62,393 bases of DNA from assembly GCA_001788015.1 (NCBI GenBank), contig MFZO01000044.1, forward strand, positions 1 through 62,393, in the 5' to 3' direction. This stretch comes from Candidatus Roizmanbacteria bacterium RIFCSPHIGHO2_02_FULL_38_11. Lineage in GTDB: Bacteria; Patescibacteriota; Microgenomatia; UBA1406; GWC2-37-13. Within the stretch, counting starts at the first letter, position 1, and every line of letters begins with the position of its first letter. Shown here piece by piece: positions 48,218 through 59,100 of the stretch. The notes beneath the pieces were generated by a model. That model did not search any database and was not told the DNA's origin. It saw only the letters and a program-made list of their open reading frames with translations. The position numbers and the translations under genes were made by a program.

Positions 48218-51200
48218 ATGGCAGATCCAGTTGAAACATTGGGTCAAAGAACAATCGCAGACACGATTATAGAAGCAAGAGACAGCATTCATAAAGAGTT
48301 GCCGTCTGCTCAAAGGAATCCACTGGAAATGAATATTTTGATAACTCGATTGAGACAGGACTTGAAAGACGCCGAGTCACCCGCTAAAGAATTTATTGCT
48401 AATGAAAAAAAAGTAAGTATTGGCCAAGCTCTGCCGGTTAAGCAGGCAGAAGGTGACATGGCGCTTCATAAAGTTATTAGAGCGGTTGAGGCGGCTAAAC
48501 AGGGGGTGCTGGTTTCCAAAACAACCCAAGGACAGGAACTTTTAGTAAAACTTTCCGAAAAAAGTTATACATCTTATTCTGTTGCCTCTGCGATAGAAGC
48601 AAATCTAGCCGATTACTTGATAGGTAACAAAAATATAACTATTAGCACTCAACCGGGAACTAAATCAGATTTTCAGCGCGCATTTGAAAATCTTAATTCT
48701 GATAATGTTACTGCAGCGACATTGATAGGTCAATCAATAATCGAGATGGCAAGGGAAGGAAAGATTGCGGGTCTCACAGAGGATGCGGCAAGAGAAAAAT
48801 TTGAAGTGAAGGAAGAAGAAAAAAGAAGAGAACCGAGAACCCAGGCTGATAGAGGATTAATAGAAGCTGGTTCAGGGCCTGAGAATGAAATGAGAGATTT
48901 CATAGAGCAGTATCCAAAAAAAGACCACGCATTAATTAATGCCTTATATAATCCCAGAGAATTTGAAAGTTTTGTTCAAAGAGAATATTACGAGAAGATC
49001 AAAAAAGAGTTTGAAAATAAGGGATTCACGGGAGACAAGCTTGAGGAGGAGATAGGTAAAGAACTTTCGGAAAGGCTAAGACATGATATAGCTTTATTGG
49101 TTGGTAGGCTTTATCAAAATGTTGATGAATCACATCCGTCTCAATTTTGGGAAGAAGCAGAAAAAAGAGGCGGATTTTGGAGAAATGCCGAGGTCTTTAG
49201 CGAAAATTTGTTGAGACAGATAAGGAATTTGAGAAATGCTGAATTTTCTGTAGATTTTCAATCTAAAACGATGTTCTTCATTAAAGATCAGGAAACTTAT
49301 TATGAAAGAGTTCCGGCGATACCAAGATTTGACAATGAAGCAGTAAGCGAAGAGACAAGAAAATTTGTCAAGCCATTGAGAAAAGATAGAAGAGTTGATA
49401 TTGGTACTTTTTTGCATTCCGTAGAAACGTTGGCTCATTCACACGAGATTCAAACCAGAAAGTTTCTGCACAACGGCCGGGCTTTAATCTATAACCCTAC
49501 TGATCCAGAGAAAGGTTATTACTCTAGTCTATCAGGATATGCAGATAAATTTCTCCCGGCCACTTCGGTAGACGTCCTTTTCACTCTTCCCGACGCCGAG
49601 GAAATTATGGCCGCATCACAGTTAGAAGATAAATTATTCGAAGCAGACTTTGCCAGAACCAACTGGGTTCATCAGCCGGGGTCTGCCGGTTTGGGGCCGC
49701 TGGGAATGACAGAACTAGATGAAGAATCTTTGGAGCGCTTGATGATGATTAATCCTAAGTTGAAGGACGACGAGTGGAGAGCTAAAAGGGCTCTCATTAT
49801 GGGAATAGGTGATAATTATACGATATCTTTAAGACATTTAGAGACAGGGGCTTATGCCGATCCTTCTATGAATCCGGAAGAAGGAATGGGGCCAACTTAC
49901 GGTTCATACGGTCCAAGAGACTCTATCCCCTACATGGCATTTAATATGCTGGCCCATGATAATATGAGATGGCAAGCGGAGAGGCTCTGGTTGGGCAATC
50001 TTTTATTTTTGCCTGTGAGAGGTAAAGATTTGGCAGGACACTTTGGATTTATGAAGTTCTGGGATCATCGAACGCTTTTGGACGAGATGAAGAAAAGCAT
50101 AGACTCTTACATAAAAGGCAGGCCGCCGGAGGATGTTGAAAAAGGAGTTGTAAGATGGGTTGATATCATTAATCCCGGAAGGGTTGGGAGTATATACACA
50201 CGCGGCGGATGGAGAGAATTTTACGCTTATGAGACTCATTTAGTGAGACCCTCTGAAGTAGAATTAAAACAAGGAATAAGGTTTAATATTACAGAGTCTT
50301 GGAAGGCATTGGAAAATGTAGGGGTAGAGTGCCTAAAAGATTTTGTCGGAAGAATAAGCAAAAAGCCTACGTCTTTAGACAAAACTTTTTTTACAGACGA
50401 TGGCAGGGACAATAGAAGAGGATTAATGGAACATATTTATAAGAAATATTTTTCTTCAAATGCTACCGCTGATGAGATTGAAGCTAAGTTTAAGCAATTG
50501 GAAAAGAATCCAGATCAACTTGAATCAGCTTACAAAACATTTTTTTATCAGGCTTTTGCTCGGGCCATGAAACAAAGAATTCCAACAAAGTTTCTTAGGG
50601 TTGAGCGAAATAGATTTGTTTCAGGTAGAAAAAGAGCCTACGAAGAAGTCAGGAAAAACAGCGGTTTGTCTGATGGGGATTTTGCCAGGGCAGTAAACGA
50701 TGTTATCACGGCCGAAGTTTATCTAAGGGGAGAAACGAGCAAAATTTTAAAAGATCAATATAAAGCTGGCAAGAAGTTAAACGAAATAAAAAATATCGAT
50801 TACACTTTGACAGAAGAAAAACTGCGCTTTTATTTAGGTGAGAAATTTGGTCTAAAAGGAACGGATGCAGAAAGAATAGAGAAAGCAGTTAAAACCTTTA
50901 AAACAATTAGTGCATTTGCCGATGAGAGCTATCTAGACGGATTTGCAAAAAAATACGCAGCAGATATGCACGAACACGGATTCCCTTTTGCTATAGCTGT
51001 TGAGGAATTAGATCGTAGCCTTCTTGCTCATAGAGCAGCCGGCGAAAGAACAATAGCTAGAGCTTTGGGTGACACGTCTATGGTAGAGATGCAGGTTGCC
51101 AAGACGATCTCAGGTTACTTTAAAACCATTCAAGAAGTGGCGGTTAATGGAAAGAAAGATATTAGCGAAATTGTTAACTCTATCAATACAGTCAAGACAA

Positions 51201-51709
51201 CAATAGAGATGCTTATTGGTAAAGATGCTGCCCATAGGATTGCACATCATATGGCCGCATTAACCATTTCTTATTTTAAAAAGGATACGGTTTCGGATAA
51301 TATTTTTACCAGGTGGTTTGTTATGAATAAGCCGCATTCTCTGGCTGCCGAGTTTGCCGGAACCTGGAGAGGAGTGTGGGAATGGCAGCCAGACGAGATA
51401 ATGACTTTTTGCAATGAGCTGGAAAAAAGGAGTATTTTACCTAAAGAGCCATTTGAAAAACAAAAAGCCCCAGAATGGCTGAAGAAACCTTCAGCAGAGT
51501 TTAACTTTTTGGGCCAAAAAATTATAATCGGCGGAAAAAGAAAGCCTGATTATGTATTTCACGGCAAGACGCTACGAGAGGAGTTTGGAGGCACCTGGAA
51601 ACATATGATAAACCATGTTCTCAATAAATATTTGCCGTTATTTGCTCTTTTTATACTTTTTCAATATTTACGAAAGGCATATAGTGAGTCGGCAGGACAG
51701 AAAAAATAA
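48218..51709 (+). CDS. large hypothetical protein with C-terminal membrane anchor
   Basis: 1163-aa ORF, helical composition, terminal YLPLFALFILFQYLRK. Confidence 0.8.
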   Translation: MADPVETLGQRTIADTIIEARDSIHKELPSAQRNPLEMNILITRLRQDLKDAESPAKEFIANEKKVSIGQALPVKQAEGDMALHKVIRAVEAAKQGVLVSKTTQGQELLVKLSEKSYTSYSVASAIEANLADYLIGNKNITISTQPGTKSDFQRAFENLNSDNVTAATLIGQSIIEMAREGKIAGLTEDAAREKFEVKEEEKRREPRTQADRGLIEAGSGPENEMRDFIEQYPKKDHALINALYNPREFESFVQREYYEKIKKEFENKGFTGDKLEEEIGKELSERLRHDIALLVGRLYQNVDESHPSQFWEEAEKRGGFWRNAEVFSENLLRQIRNLRNAEFSVDFQSKTMFFIKDQETYYERVPAIPRFDNEAVSEETRKFVKPLRKDRRVDIGTFLHSVETLAHSHEIQTRKFLHNGRALIYNPTDPEKGYYSSLSGYADKFLPATSVDVLFTLPDAEEIMAASQLEDKLFEADFARTNWVHQPGSAGLGPLGMTELDEESLERLMMINPKLKDDEWRAKRALIMGIGDNYTISLRHLETGAYADPSMNPEEGMGPTYGSYGPRDSIPYMAFNMLAHDNMRWQAERLWLGNLLFLPVRGKDLAGHFGFMKFWDHRTLLDEMKKSIDSYIKGRPPEDVEKGVVRWVDIINPGRVGSIYTRGGWREFYAYETHLVRPSEVELKQGIRFNITESWKALENVGVECLKDFVGRISKKPTSLDKTFFTDDGRDNRRGLMEHIYKKYFSSNATADEIEAKFKQLEKNPDQLESAYKTFFYQAFARAMKQRIPTKFLRVERNRFVSGRKRAYEEVRKNSGLSDGDFARAVNDVITAEVYLRGETSKILKDQYKAGKKLNEIKNIDYTLTEEKLRFYLGEKFGLKGTDAERIEKAVKTFKTISAFADESYLDGFAKKYAADMHEHGFPFAIAVEELDRSLLAHRAAGERTIARALGDTSMVEMQVAKTISGYFKTIQEVAVNGKKDISEIVNSINTVKTTIEMLIGKDAAHRIAHHMAALTISYFKKDTVSDNIFTRWFVMNKPHSLAAEFAGTWRGVWEWQPDEIMTFCNELEKRSILPKEPFEKQKAPEWLKKPSAEFNFLGQKIIIGGKRKPDYVFHGKTLREEFGGTWKHMINHVLNKYLPLFALFILFQYLRKAYSESAGQKK

Positions 51710-51751
51710 ATCTCGCTTGAGTTTTTCGATTTTTTTAGGTGTAATGAAAAT

Positions 51752-53083
51752 ATGAAGAAAATTTTTATTTCTTGCTTTTTTATATCTTTATTTTTTCTGT
51801 TTCAGCTTAAACCAGTTGTTTTAGCCGGTCCCCAATGTAATGCTTTAGGAGGAACCTGTAAGCTAAATTGTGATACAAACACAGAAGAACCTAAAGCTAC
51901 TCAAGACTCTCAGGATTGTCCGCTCAGCGGGCTAGGTGGAAATACCCGAGAAACATGTTGTGTTCCTCTTGCAGTACCTCGTGATGGAAGACAATGTAGA
52001 GCTTCAGGATGGACTTGTGAAAACTATTGTACGGGAGCCCCCAAAGGTGAACAAGATTGTCCAAGGGTAAGCGGTGGATTGGGGGGACCAATCCAACAAG
52101 TTTGTTGTGATCTTTCTGCCCCCTCTCCTACGCCTCCAACTGGAGCTCAATGTAAAGCTCAAGGATGGACTTGTGAAACCTATTGTTCAGGAGCGCCTAA
52201 AGGGAACCAAGATTGTCCAAAAGTCAACACAGGATATGGACTGGCTCAACAAACTTGTTGTGATCTTGCTGCACCATCTCCCACCCCTCCAACAGGTGCA
52301 CAATGTAGCGCATTAGGAGGGACTTGTGTATTAAATTGCCTAGGAGATCCTAAGGGAACCCAAGACTGTCCACCGACCAACACAGGATATGGGGGAGAGC
52401 AACCACAAACTTGTTGCGTCGCTACTACTCCTGCTAATCCTTTAGACTTTGAAATTCCAGGTGTGGGGTGCGGAGTGCCAAACGATACGACAGGAGCAAA
52501 TAAATGTTGTCAGACTACTAAACCAAACTGCAATTTTGGGGTAATGGAAGTACTTCAGGTTATACCTGGAATTGGTGATTGGATAAGAGGAGCTAAAGCT
52601 CAATGCGAAAGTCTAGGTGAATTTCAAGAAAAATACGGCAAGCTAAAATGTTTATACGGTCAGGAAAAGTATGATGCTGCTGGTAATTGTGGTTGCGTTA
52701 CAGAAGCCACAAGCAGTGCAATTCCTGAAATTAGAGAGATGTGTAAAAAATATCTTGGGACGTCTAACCCCAAAGAGTTTGAGGCATGTGATAAATGTGC
52801 CGCTACTGGTTTTTATACAGGCATAGGCTGTATACCGCTTACGCTAGGGGGTTTTACCAGCTTTGTATTCAGTTTTGGCATTGGTTTAGGCGGAATCATT
52901 GCTCTACTTTGTATTATTTACTCGGCGTTCGTCATGCAGACCTCAGGTGGTAATCCTGAAAGGATCAAAAAAGCCCAAGAGAACTTGACTTCGTGCATCA
53001 TGGGATTAATGCTGATAATCTTTGCCATTTTTATATTGAGGGTAATAGGTGTAAATATTTTAAAGATACATGGGTTTGGATAA
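51752..53083 (+). CDS. secreted Cys-rich-repeat protein with C-terminal TrbC/VirB2-like pilin domain
   Basis: Signal peptide; four 6-Cys repeats; YTGIGCIP; QTSGGNPERIKKAQENLTSCIMG. Confidence 0.85.
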   Translation: MKKIFISCFFISLFFLFQLKPVVLAGPQCNALGGTCKLNCDTNTEEPKATQDSQDCPLSGLGGNTRETCCVPLAVPRDGRQCRASGWTCENYCTGAPKGEQDCPRVSGGLGGPIQQVCCDLSAPSPTPPTGAQCKAQGWTCETYCSGAPKGNQDCPKVNTGYGLAQQTCCDLAAPSPTPPTGAQCSALGGTCVLNCLGDPKGTQDCPPTNTGYGGEQPQTCCVATTPANPLDFEIPGVGCGVPNDTTGANKCCQTTKPNCNFGVMEVLQVIPGIGDWIRGAKAQCESLGEFQEKYGKLKCLYGQEKYDAAGNCGCVTEATSSAIPEIREMCKKYLGTSNPKEFEACDKCAATGFYTGIGCIPLTLGGFTSFVFSFGIGLGGIIALLCIIYSAFVMQTSGGNPERIKKAQENLTSCIMGLMLIIFAIFILRVIGVNILKIHGFG

Positions 53084-53085
53084 AG

Positions 53086-54762
53086 TTATTGTGTTGATTT
53101 TTTCCCTCCTGGCAATGTTAATCCTATTTTTTCTCCAGCCGCTTGCAATGCCCCTAAACCTAATCTCATACTTCCCAGCTGACCAAGTAAACCAAGTCCG
53201 CCGCCTGCGGCAGTTCCAGCCCCGGCAAAGAATGTTCCAAGTCCTGCCGTATCCAATAGTCCAGGTTTAGGTACAAATAGTTGTTTTACGGCTTTTACTA
53301 AATCCGGCGTTAAAAATAAAATAGCCATTGCTACGATTAGACTAAAGTCGCTAGGATCGATACTTCCCATAAAGGGAAACTGGATAAGAGATTCAGCAGT
53401 TGTAGGCCCAGAGTATATAGCGTTTGTGATAAGATTTACCAACATAAATATTGCAACCATGGTGGGGAAGACTATAAGTTCGGAAATAAGATTTTTTAAC
53501 CAGCTCGAAAAAGCCGACTGGCCCGGGACTGCTTCTAAAAGCAAATAAAGTGGGGAAATGATTATGGTCAAAAGTATTTTTATATAGGCAGATATTATAA
53601 GAAATATCAGCCTAAAAAAGATCAGTAGAATCGTAAAAAAAATTAGCAGACCAAGAAGAAAGGGAACAACAACTGTACCTCCTATGACTATACCAATAAT
53701 TAAACCGACAATATTAAGTGGCGCTTTTATTAGTTCGCCTAAACCTTCCCACTGGAATCCAAATCCGAGAAGGGTTGCTATACCTTCAAGATGGAAGGCG
53801 TCAATGATATTTTTAAAGAAAGTTTTTTGCGTTAGCCAGGGATAAACAAAAACTACTCCGATAATACTTCCAATAATACGTACGACTGCGCCAATTTGAG
53901 GCACTATATTAAGCAAAGCGTTGGGAAGGTCAAATAGTACTCTGAAAATATTGTTACCCGTACCCGCGGTGAAAGTGAAGAATAAATCATGAGGAGCTGC
54001 CCGGAGATAAACGCGCTGTTTATCGGCTATCTGGGCTGGATTTAAGCCTCCTGCTGGACCAATAATCGAAACTATAAGAATTATTGCTATGTACATAAGA
54101 TCGATCAGGAATCCGGCAATCGCAAAGGAAAAAGTAATTAAAATAAGAGAAATCACGATTTTAGGCAGAGAATTTTCCACAGAAATAACAGTTTGAGGAT
54201 TGAGCTTCATACTGAACATGATCATGAAACCGATTGTGATCAATACCAAAACAATCACTAGATAGGCGACGTTTCTGAAAGCATTCCATATTTTGGCAAA
54301 GGGCTTAATAGCGCCAAAACCTATGCCCTCGGCGGCGTAAGTTTTTGGAATAAAACCGGCATCTTGCAGTCCGTTGTAGGCCCACCAGACGCCAGAGGCA
54401 GGAGGATTAGTATAGGGAAGAATAATCAGTTTGCTTAAAAAACCGAAAGTACTTTTATTAAAATTCTTATCCCCGTCTGACGGATTGTTCGTGCAGGCTT
54501 CACCGACCAAGCCGCACATTGTTAATCGATACAAAGCAATGGTTAGTTTTCCCTCTTTAGTTTTTTTGAGTTTTGGATCGTTTAATACTTTATAGATCTC
54601 CACCCGATTTTTTTTGACGGGATCTTGCGTGATTTTCGGTTTATCTTTGTTGATGAAATGAATAAAGAGAGAGATGATAATAAAGTAAACTACAATTACT
54701 AGAAAAATCTTTTTTCCTATATTGATTAGTTTCTTTAACCCGGCAAGGTAAAATGGAAGCAT
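53086..54762 (-). CDS. TrbL/VirB6-like polytopic membrane protein
   Basis: WNAFRNVAY, LPKIVISLILITFSFAIAGFLID, SPLYLL..VPG...W. Confidence 0.65.
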   Translation of the reverse strand: MLPFYLAGLKKLINIGKKIFLVIVVYFIIISLFIHFINKDKPKITQDPVKKNRVEIYKVLNDPKLKKTKEGKLTIALYRLTMCGLVGEACTNNPSDGDKNFNKSTFGFLSKLIILPYTNPPASGVWWAYNGLQDAGFIPKTYAAEGIGFGAIKPFAKIWNAFRNVAYLVIVLVLITIGFMIMFSMKLNPQTVISVENSLPKIVISLILITFSFAIAGFLIDLMYIAIILIVSIIGPAGGLNPAQIADKQRVYLRAAPHDLFFTFTAGTGNNIFRVLFDLPNALLNIVPQIGAVVRIIGSIIGVVFVYPWLTQKTFFKNIIDAFHLEGIATLLGFGFQWEGLGELIKAPLNIVGLIIGIVIGGTVVVPFLLGLLIFFTILLIFFRLIFLIISAYIKILLTIIISPLYLLLEAVPGQSAFSSWLKNLISELIVFPTMVAIFMLVNLITNAIYSGPTTAESLIQFPFMGSIDPSDFSLIVAMAILFLTPDLVKAVKQLFVPKPGLLDTAGLGTFFAGAGTAAGGGLGLLGQLGSMRLGLGALQAAGEKIGLTLPGGKKSTQ

Positions 54763-54817
54763 AAATTCATTTAAGCAGAAAAATCAAGTAGTGTCAATTA
54801 TTCAGCTTAATCCAAAG

Positions 54818-55243
54818 TTATTTTATTACCCAAACAACTTCATACTGATTGGTATTGATTCCGATATTTTTCAGCTGTGTCAACACCTCGTTTTTAATTG
54901 CATCTTGTTGGCCAGACAGATAAATATCTGCGATAAATTTTCTTTCATAGATGTCATAATAGACAAAATATTTTTGAGTTCTAAGAGGAAGTTTATCGTA
55001 CCAAGGATATGTATCATATATCTCTTTGGTCCACCTGCCAAATTCTTTGTCAGACTCGAGCTGTTCTTTTTCGTCCTGGGTGAGTGTCGGTCCTAAATCT
55101 TGGATCGTAGGGATGATTATAGTTGGTATAGGTGTTATAGGTGGTTCATTAGGTGGTTTTGAGCGGGACAAAAAGTAATAAACGCTTGCTACAACAACCA
55201 AAAACAGGCTAAGAATCAGGATATAGATATATACTTTTTTCAT
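54818..55243 (-). CDS. membrane-anchored hypothetical protein
   Basis: N-terminal TM, PITPIPT linker, YPWYDKLP; ATGA overlap with upstream gene. Confidence 0.75.
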   Translation of the reverse strand: MKKVYIYILILSLFLVVVASVYYFLSRSKPPNEPPITPIPTIIIPTIQDLGPTLTQDEKEQLESDKEFGRWTKEIYDTYPWYDKLPLRTQKYFVYYDIYERKFIADIYLSGQQDAIKNEVLTQLKNIGINTNQYEVVWVIK

Positions 55244-56109
55244 AATGATGGACAACCAAATCCCCTTAAAGAATCGTTAGTAAACGGCGTTCCCTGTATA
55301 TTCCCACTGTAAACGGGATATCTGGATATTTTTCTGGTGCTATTGGCATCGTATGTTTCTATATAGCCATTATAGCTTGAATCAAGGTTAACAGTCTTGA
55401 GGACTGCCGTGTGATTTTTATTCGTTACATGAACACCGGGAGTATATTGGAAGAAAGTCGCACAGCCTGGTTTAACCGTATTTAAAGCCTGTTGACGTTC
55501 TCCAGCTGAGGCAAGTTGATAAGTCGGAGGATTGGCGAAGTAATCTATGAATTTTACGCTGTAGGGAATATAGTTGTAGCCAGACGTCGTCATAAAAAAT
55601 TGTTGCATATTTTTGGTGGCCAGATGTGCACGGGTCAATCCGGTAAGCCCGGCAAGGTTATAAGCATTAATTACAAGGTAAGTACACCAATAAAGGTTGG
55701 ACGTACTTGTCGCAGGGCTGTAAAAAGCTGTGTATGATCCGTTGGAAGGCGGGTCAGTCAGTCGATTAAAATACCAGGAAGGCGGCCAGATAATATCTTC
55801 TCCCTCAAGTTTTTCACTGATGGCGATTGTATTCGTGAGGATATCTCCCAATTTGCCCGCAGGAATCGTAGGAAAAGGTTCGGATGTTGTTTGAGGTGGT
55901 GGTCCAGAGGGATTTGGACTGATAGGAAGGGGTGGTTGCGAAGCGGGATTAAAACTAAAGAATATTTTAAGAAGCTCTTGCAGAAAAAAAAGCGGATTTG
56001 AATAAGTTGTTTGAGGCGGGTTTTGGGCTGTAACGGGCGGCGGAAGAATAATAAATGAAAGAATTAAAATTAAAACTGTGGTGTTGACAATCAATAAAAA
56101 TTTCTTCAT
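55240..56109 (-). CDS. secreted CHAP/NlpC-P60-like cysteine amidase
   Basis: Signal peptide, Pro-rich linker, YWCTYLV, KPG, NHTAV, YDANS (Cys-His-Asp order). Confidence 0.6.
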   Translation of the reverse strand: MKKFLLIVNTTVLILILSFIILPPPVTAQNPPQTTYSNPLFFLQELLKIFFSFNPASQPPLPISPNPSGPPPQTTSEPFPTIPAGKLGDILTNTIAISEKLEGEDIIWPPSWYFNRLTDPPSNGSYTAFYSPATSTSNLYWCTYLVINAYNLAGLTGLTRAHLATKNMQQFFMTTSGYNYIPYSVKFIDYFANPPTYQLASAGERQQALNTVKPGCATFFQYTPGVHVTNKNHTAVLKTVNLDSSYNGYIETYDANSTRKISRYPVYSGNIQGTPFTNDSLRGFGCPSL

Positions 56110-56122
56110 AATAATATTTATT

Positions 56123-59100
56123 ATGGCTTTATTAGATTTTATTAAAAAACCAAAACAAAAAGCAAGCGCAGTTCCTCAAGGCGCAGTTCAAAACAATACA
56201 ACTACTCAAACCCACGTAGTTGAGACGACCCAGACGACTCAATCCACTGGGCCACAAACGTATTCTGGCATCGGTGCTCCTCCTCAGCATCATGTTGAAA
56301 GTTCGCAAACGACGGTAGCGAAAACTACAGCTGCGACTCCAGGTGCCCCAACTGCTTCGGCAAATTTGTCCAGCGAGGAAAAAAAACGAGAGGAGATTGA
56401 CCTTATGACACACCTGACCCAGAGATCCAACCGAGTATTTCTCTCCGCTCAAAACAAAGCGAGGGAATTGAAATTAGACTTTGTCGACAGTGAGCATTTA
56501 CTACATGGGCTTTTGTCAGATAGCGAAATCTACAATCTTTTCATCGAGTTTAAGATTCACCCCCAACTTATAGAGGAAGAATTAAAAAAGATTTACAAAA
56601 ACGGAGCAAGCCAGAAGATGCCTCAGCTATCACCCCGAGTCAAACGTATTCTAGGTCTGTCCCTCACAGTTGCCAGGAAGCTTCGTTTTGAGTTTATATC
56701 GCCGGAACATATTCTCTTGGCTCTATATGAAGAAGGAGAAGGTGCAGGAGCAAAGATATTGACTAAAATGGGACTTAAAAAACAAGACTTAAACAAGAAA
56801 ATCATCGGCAAAAAAGAAGGGCTTGAAAAACAGGATAAAGAAGCGGATACAAAAAAGAACACAGTTGATCGCTACACAATCGACTTAACGGCAAAAGCCG
56901 CGCAAGGGCTTTTGGATCCCGTTGTTGAGAGATCAGATGTTATTGAACGAGTCATACATATTCTTTCCAGAAGAACAAAAAATAACCCAGCTTTAGTCGG
57001 AGAAGCCGGCGTTGGTAAGACGGCTGTCGTTGAAGGTCTGGCTCAGAAAATTGTTACAAAGGGCGTACCGGAATCACTCCTCGATAAAAGAGTCTTACAG
57101 CTCGACTTGATGAGTATAATAGCCGGAGCTTCTCATAGAGGTGAGTTTGAAGAAAGAATGAAAGAATTGATTGAACAGGTACAGGCGAGTAAAGGACAGA
57201 TAATTCTCTTTATTGACGAGATTCATAATATTGTGGGCGCAGGTGCGTCGGGTGAAAATGCTCTTGACGCTTCCAATTTCCTTAAACCGGCTTTAGCCCG
57301 AGGCGAACTGCAGCTTATTGGTGCGACCACGCTTACAGAATATCGAAAATACATAGAAAGAGATCCGGCTTTAGAGCGAAGATTTCAACCTGTTTTGGTT
57401 CAAGAGCCGACGATCGAACAAGCTATAAAAATGCTTAAAGCGATAAAGGATAAATATGAAGCGTTTCACCGCGTAAAGATTCCTGATGATGTGGTCGAAG
57501 CAGCGGTAAAATTCTCAAAGAGGTACGTAGGAGATCGGTTTTTACCCGATAAGGCAGTTGATCTTATTGACGAAGCAGCCTCGGCGGTTCGCTTACCGCT
57601 CATATCTCTTCCCGAAGTAATCAAATCTATTGAGACGCGGATAGCTGAATTAAATCAAGAGCTTCAGGAAGGGGAGAAACTGGGTGATAGAGTTAAGGTG
57701 CGGATTCTTCGATCTAAAATCGATGAGATAGAATCCACTCTAAAAGAGAAAAGGGGAGAATACGATATGAGAAAAGCTCAAACGACTTCAGCCGTTAGCG
57801 TTGATATTATAAAAGATATCGTTTCACGCTGGACGGGTATCCCAATCTCAAAAATCACCGAGTCAGAGCTTGAGCGTTTGGCACAGCTTGAGAAAATCAT
57901 GCATCAACGACTCATTGACCAGAATATAGCTGTGACTTCGGTAGCCGCAGCTGTAAGGCGAGGAAGAGCAGGATTAAAATCTACGCAAAGACCGATTGGC
58001 AGTTTTGTCTTTTTAGGTCCAACCGGTGTTGGAAAAACAGAGCTTGCAAAAACTTTAGCCGAAGTTTTATTTGGCCAGGAAGAAGCAATGATACGATTTG
58101 ACATGACAGAATATATGGAGAGGCATGAAGTGGCGAAGCTTCTTGGCGCGCCTCCCGGATATGTTGGATATGAAGAGGGAGGAAAACTGACAGAGGTAGT
58201 AAGAAGAAAGCCTTATTCGGTGGTTCTTTTTGACGAAGTAGAAAAAGCCCATCCGGATATTTTCAATATTCTTCTACAGATTCTTGACGATGGAAGGCTG
58301 ACTGATAATAAAGGTCATGTTATTTCGTTTAAAAACACAGTAGTCATCTGCACGTCAAATATTGGTACGCAGATGATTCAAGATGAGCTTTTAAAGAGTG
58401 GGAAAATAGAGATAGAAGAGCCGCCATTTTTGTCCACCTACACATTCTCACCAAGAGGTAGAGAAATATTGACGATTGGCACGAAGTATTTTGAAAGGGA
58501 AAAAGCAGTTGACAGTTGGAAGGAGGGAGTGCTTTTAGATTATTTTGCAGGCCAAGAAATAAAGCAGGATCAGTCAAAGGTTGACCAGCCTCTAACCGTA
58601 GAATCTTCGACCAAAGGTCGATCCACCGCTGGTGGAGACTTTCCCGTTCAGGGTTTTGCTACCCACACAATTTCTTTTAGAGGTGAAGAGCTTATAACAA
58701 AAGGTAATACGGTGTTTGTAAGAACTTCAACAACTGCAAAAATTTGGAAAACCACCACATTAATAGATTATTTTAAGGACGGAATTGTTGTTAATGCTCT
58801 TCCTGATGCACCAGAAGAGCAGCTTCCCACCGCAAGATTAAAGACTCACGCCTTTACGCCGGACGAGAGAGAAGTAGTGACATATAAAGACCGTTATTGG
58901 GTAAGAAAGGAAGGAATGAACGATTGGCAGACTGGTCATTTGAAGGATTATTTTACCGGAGCAGAAATCCAAGAGGCAGATCTTCAGAAAGCAACTAAAC
59001 AGGATCTAACTCCCCCTAAGGGGAGTCAAAAAGCCGCTAAGCAGGAGCAAAATGGTGTAAAAAGCGATGTCAAAAAAACCAATAAATTCTTTCCTACAGC

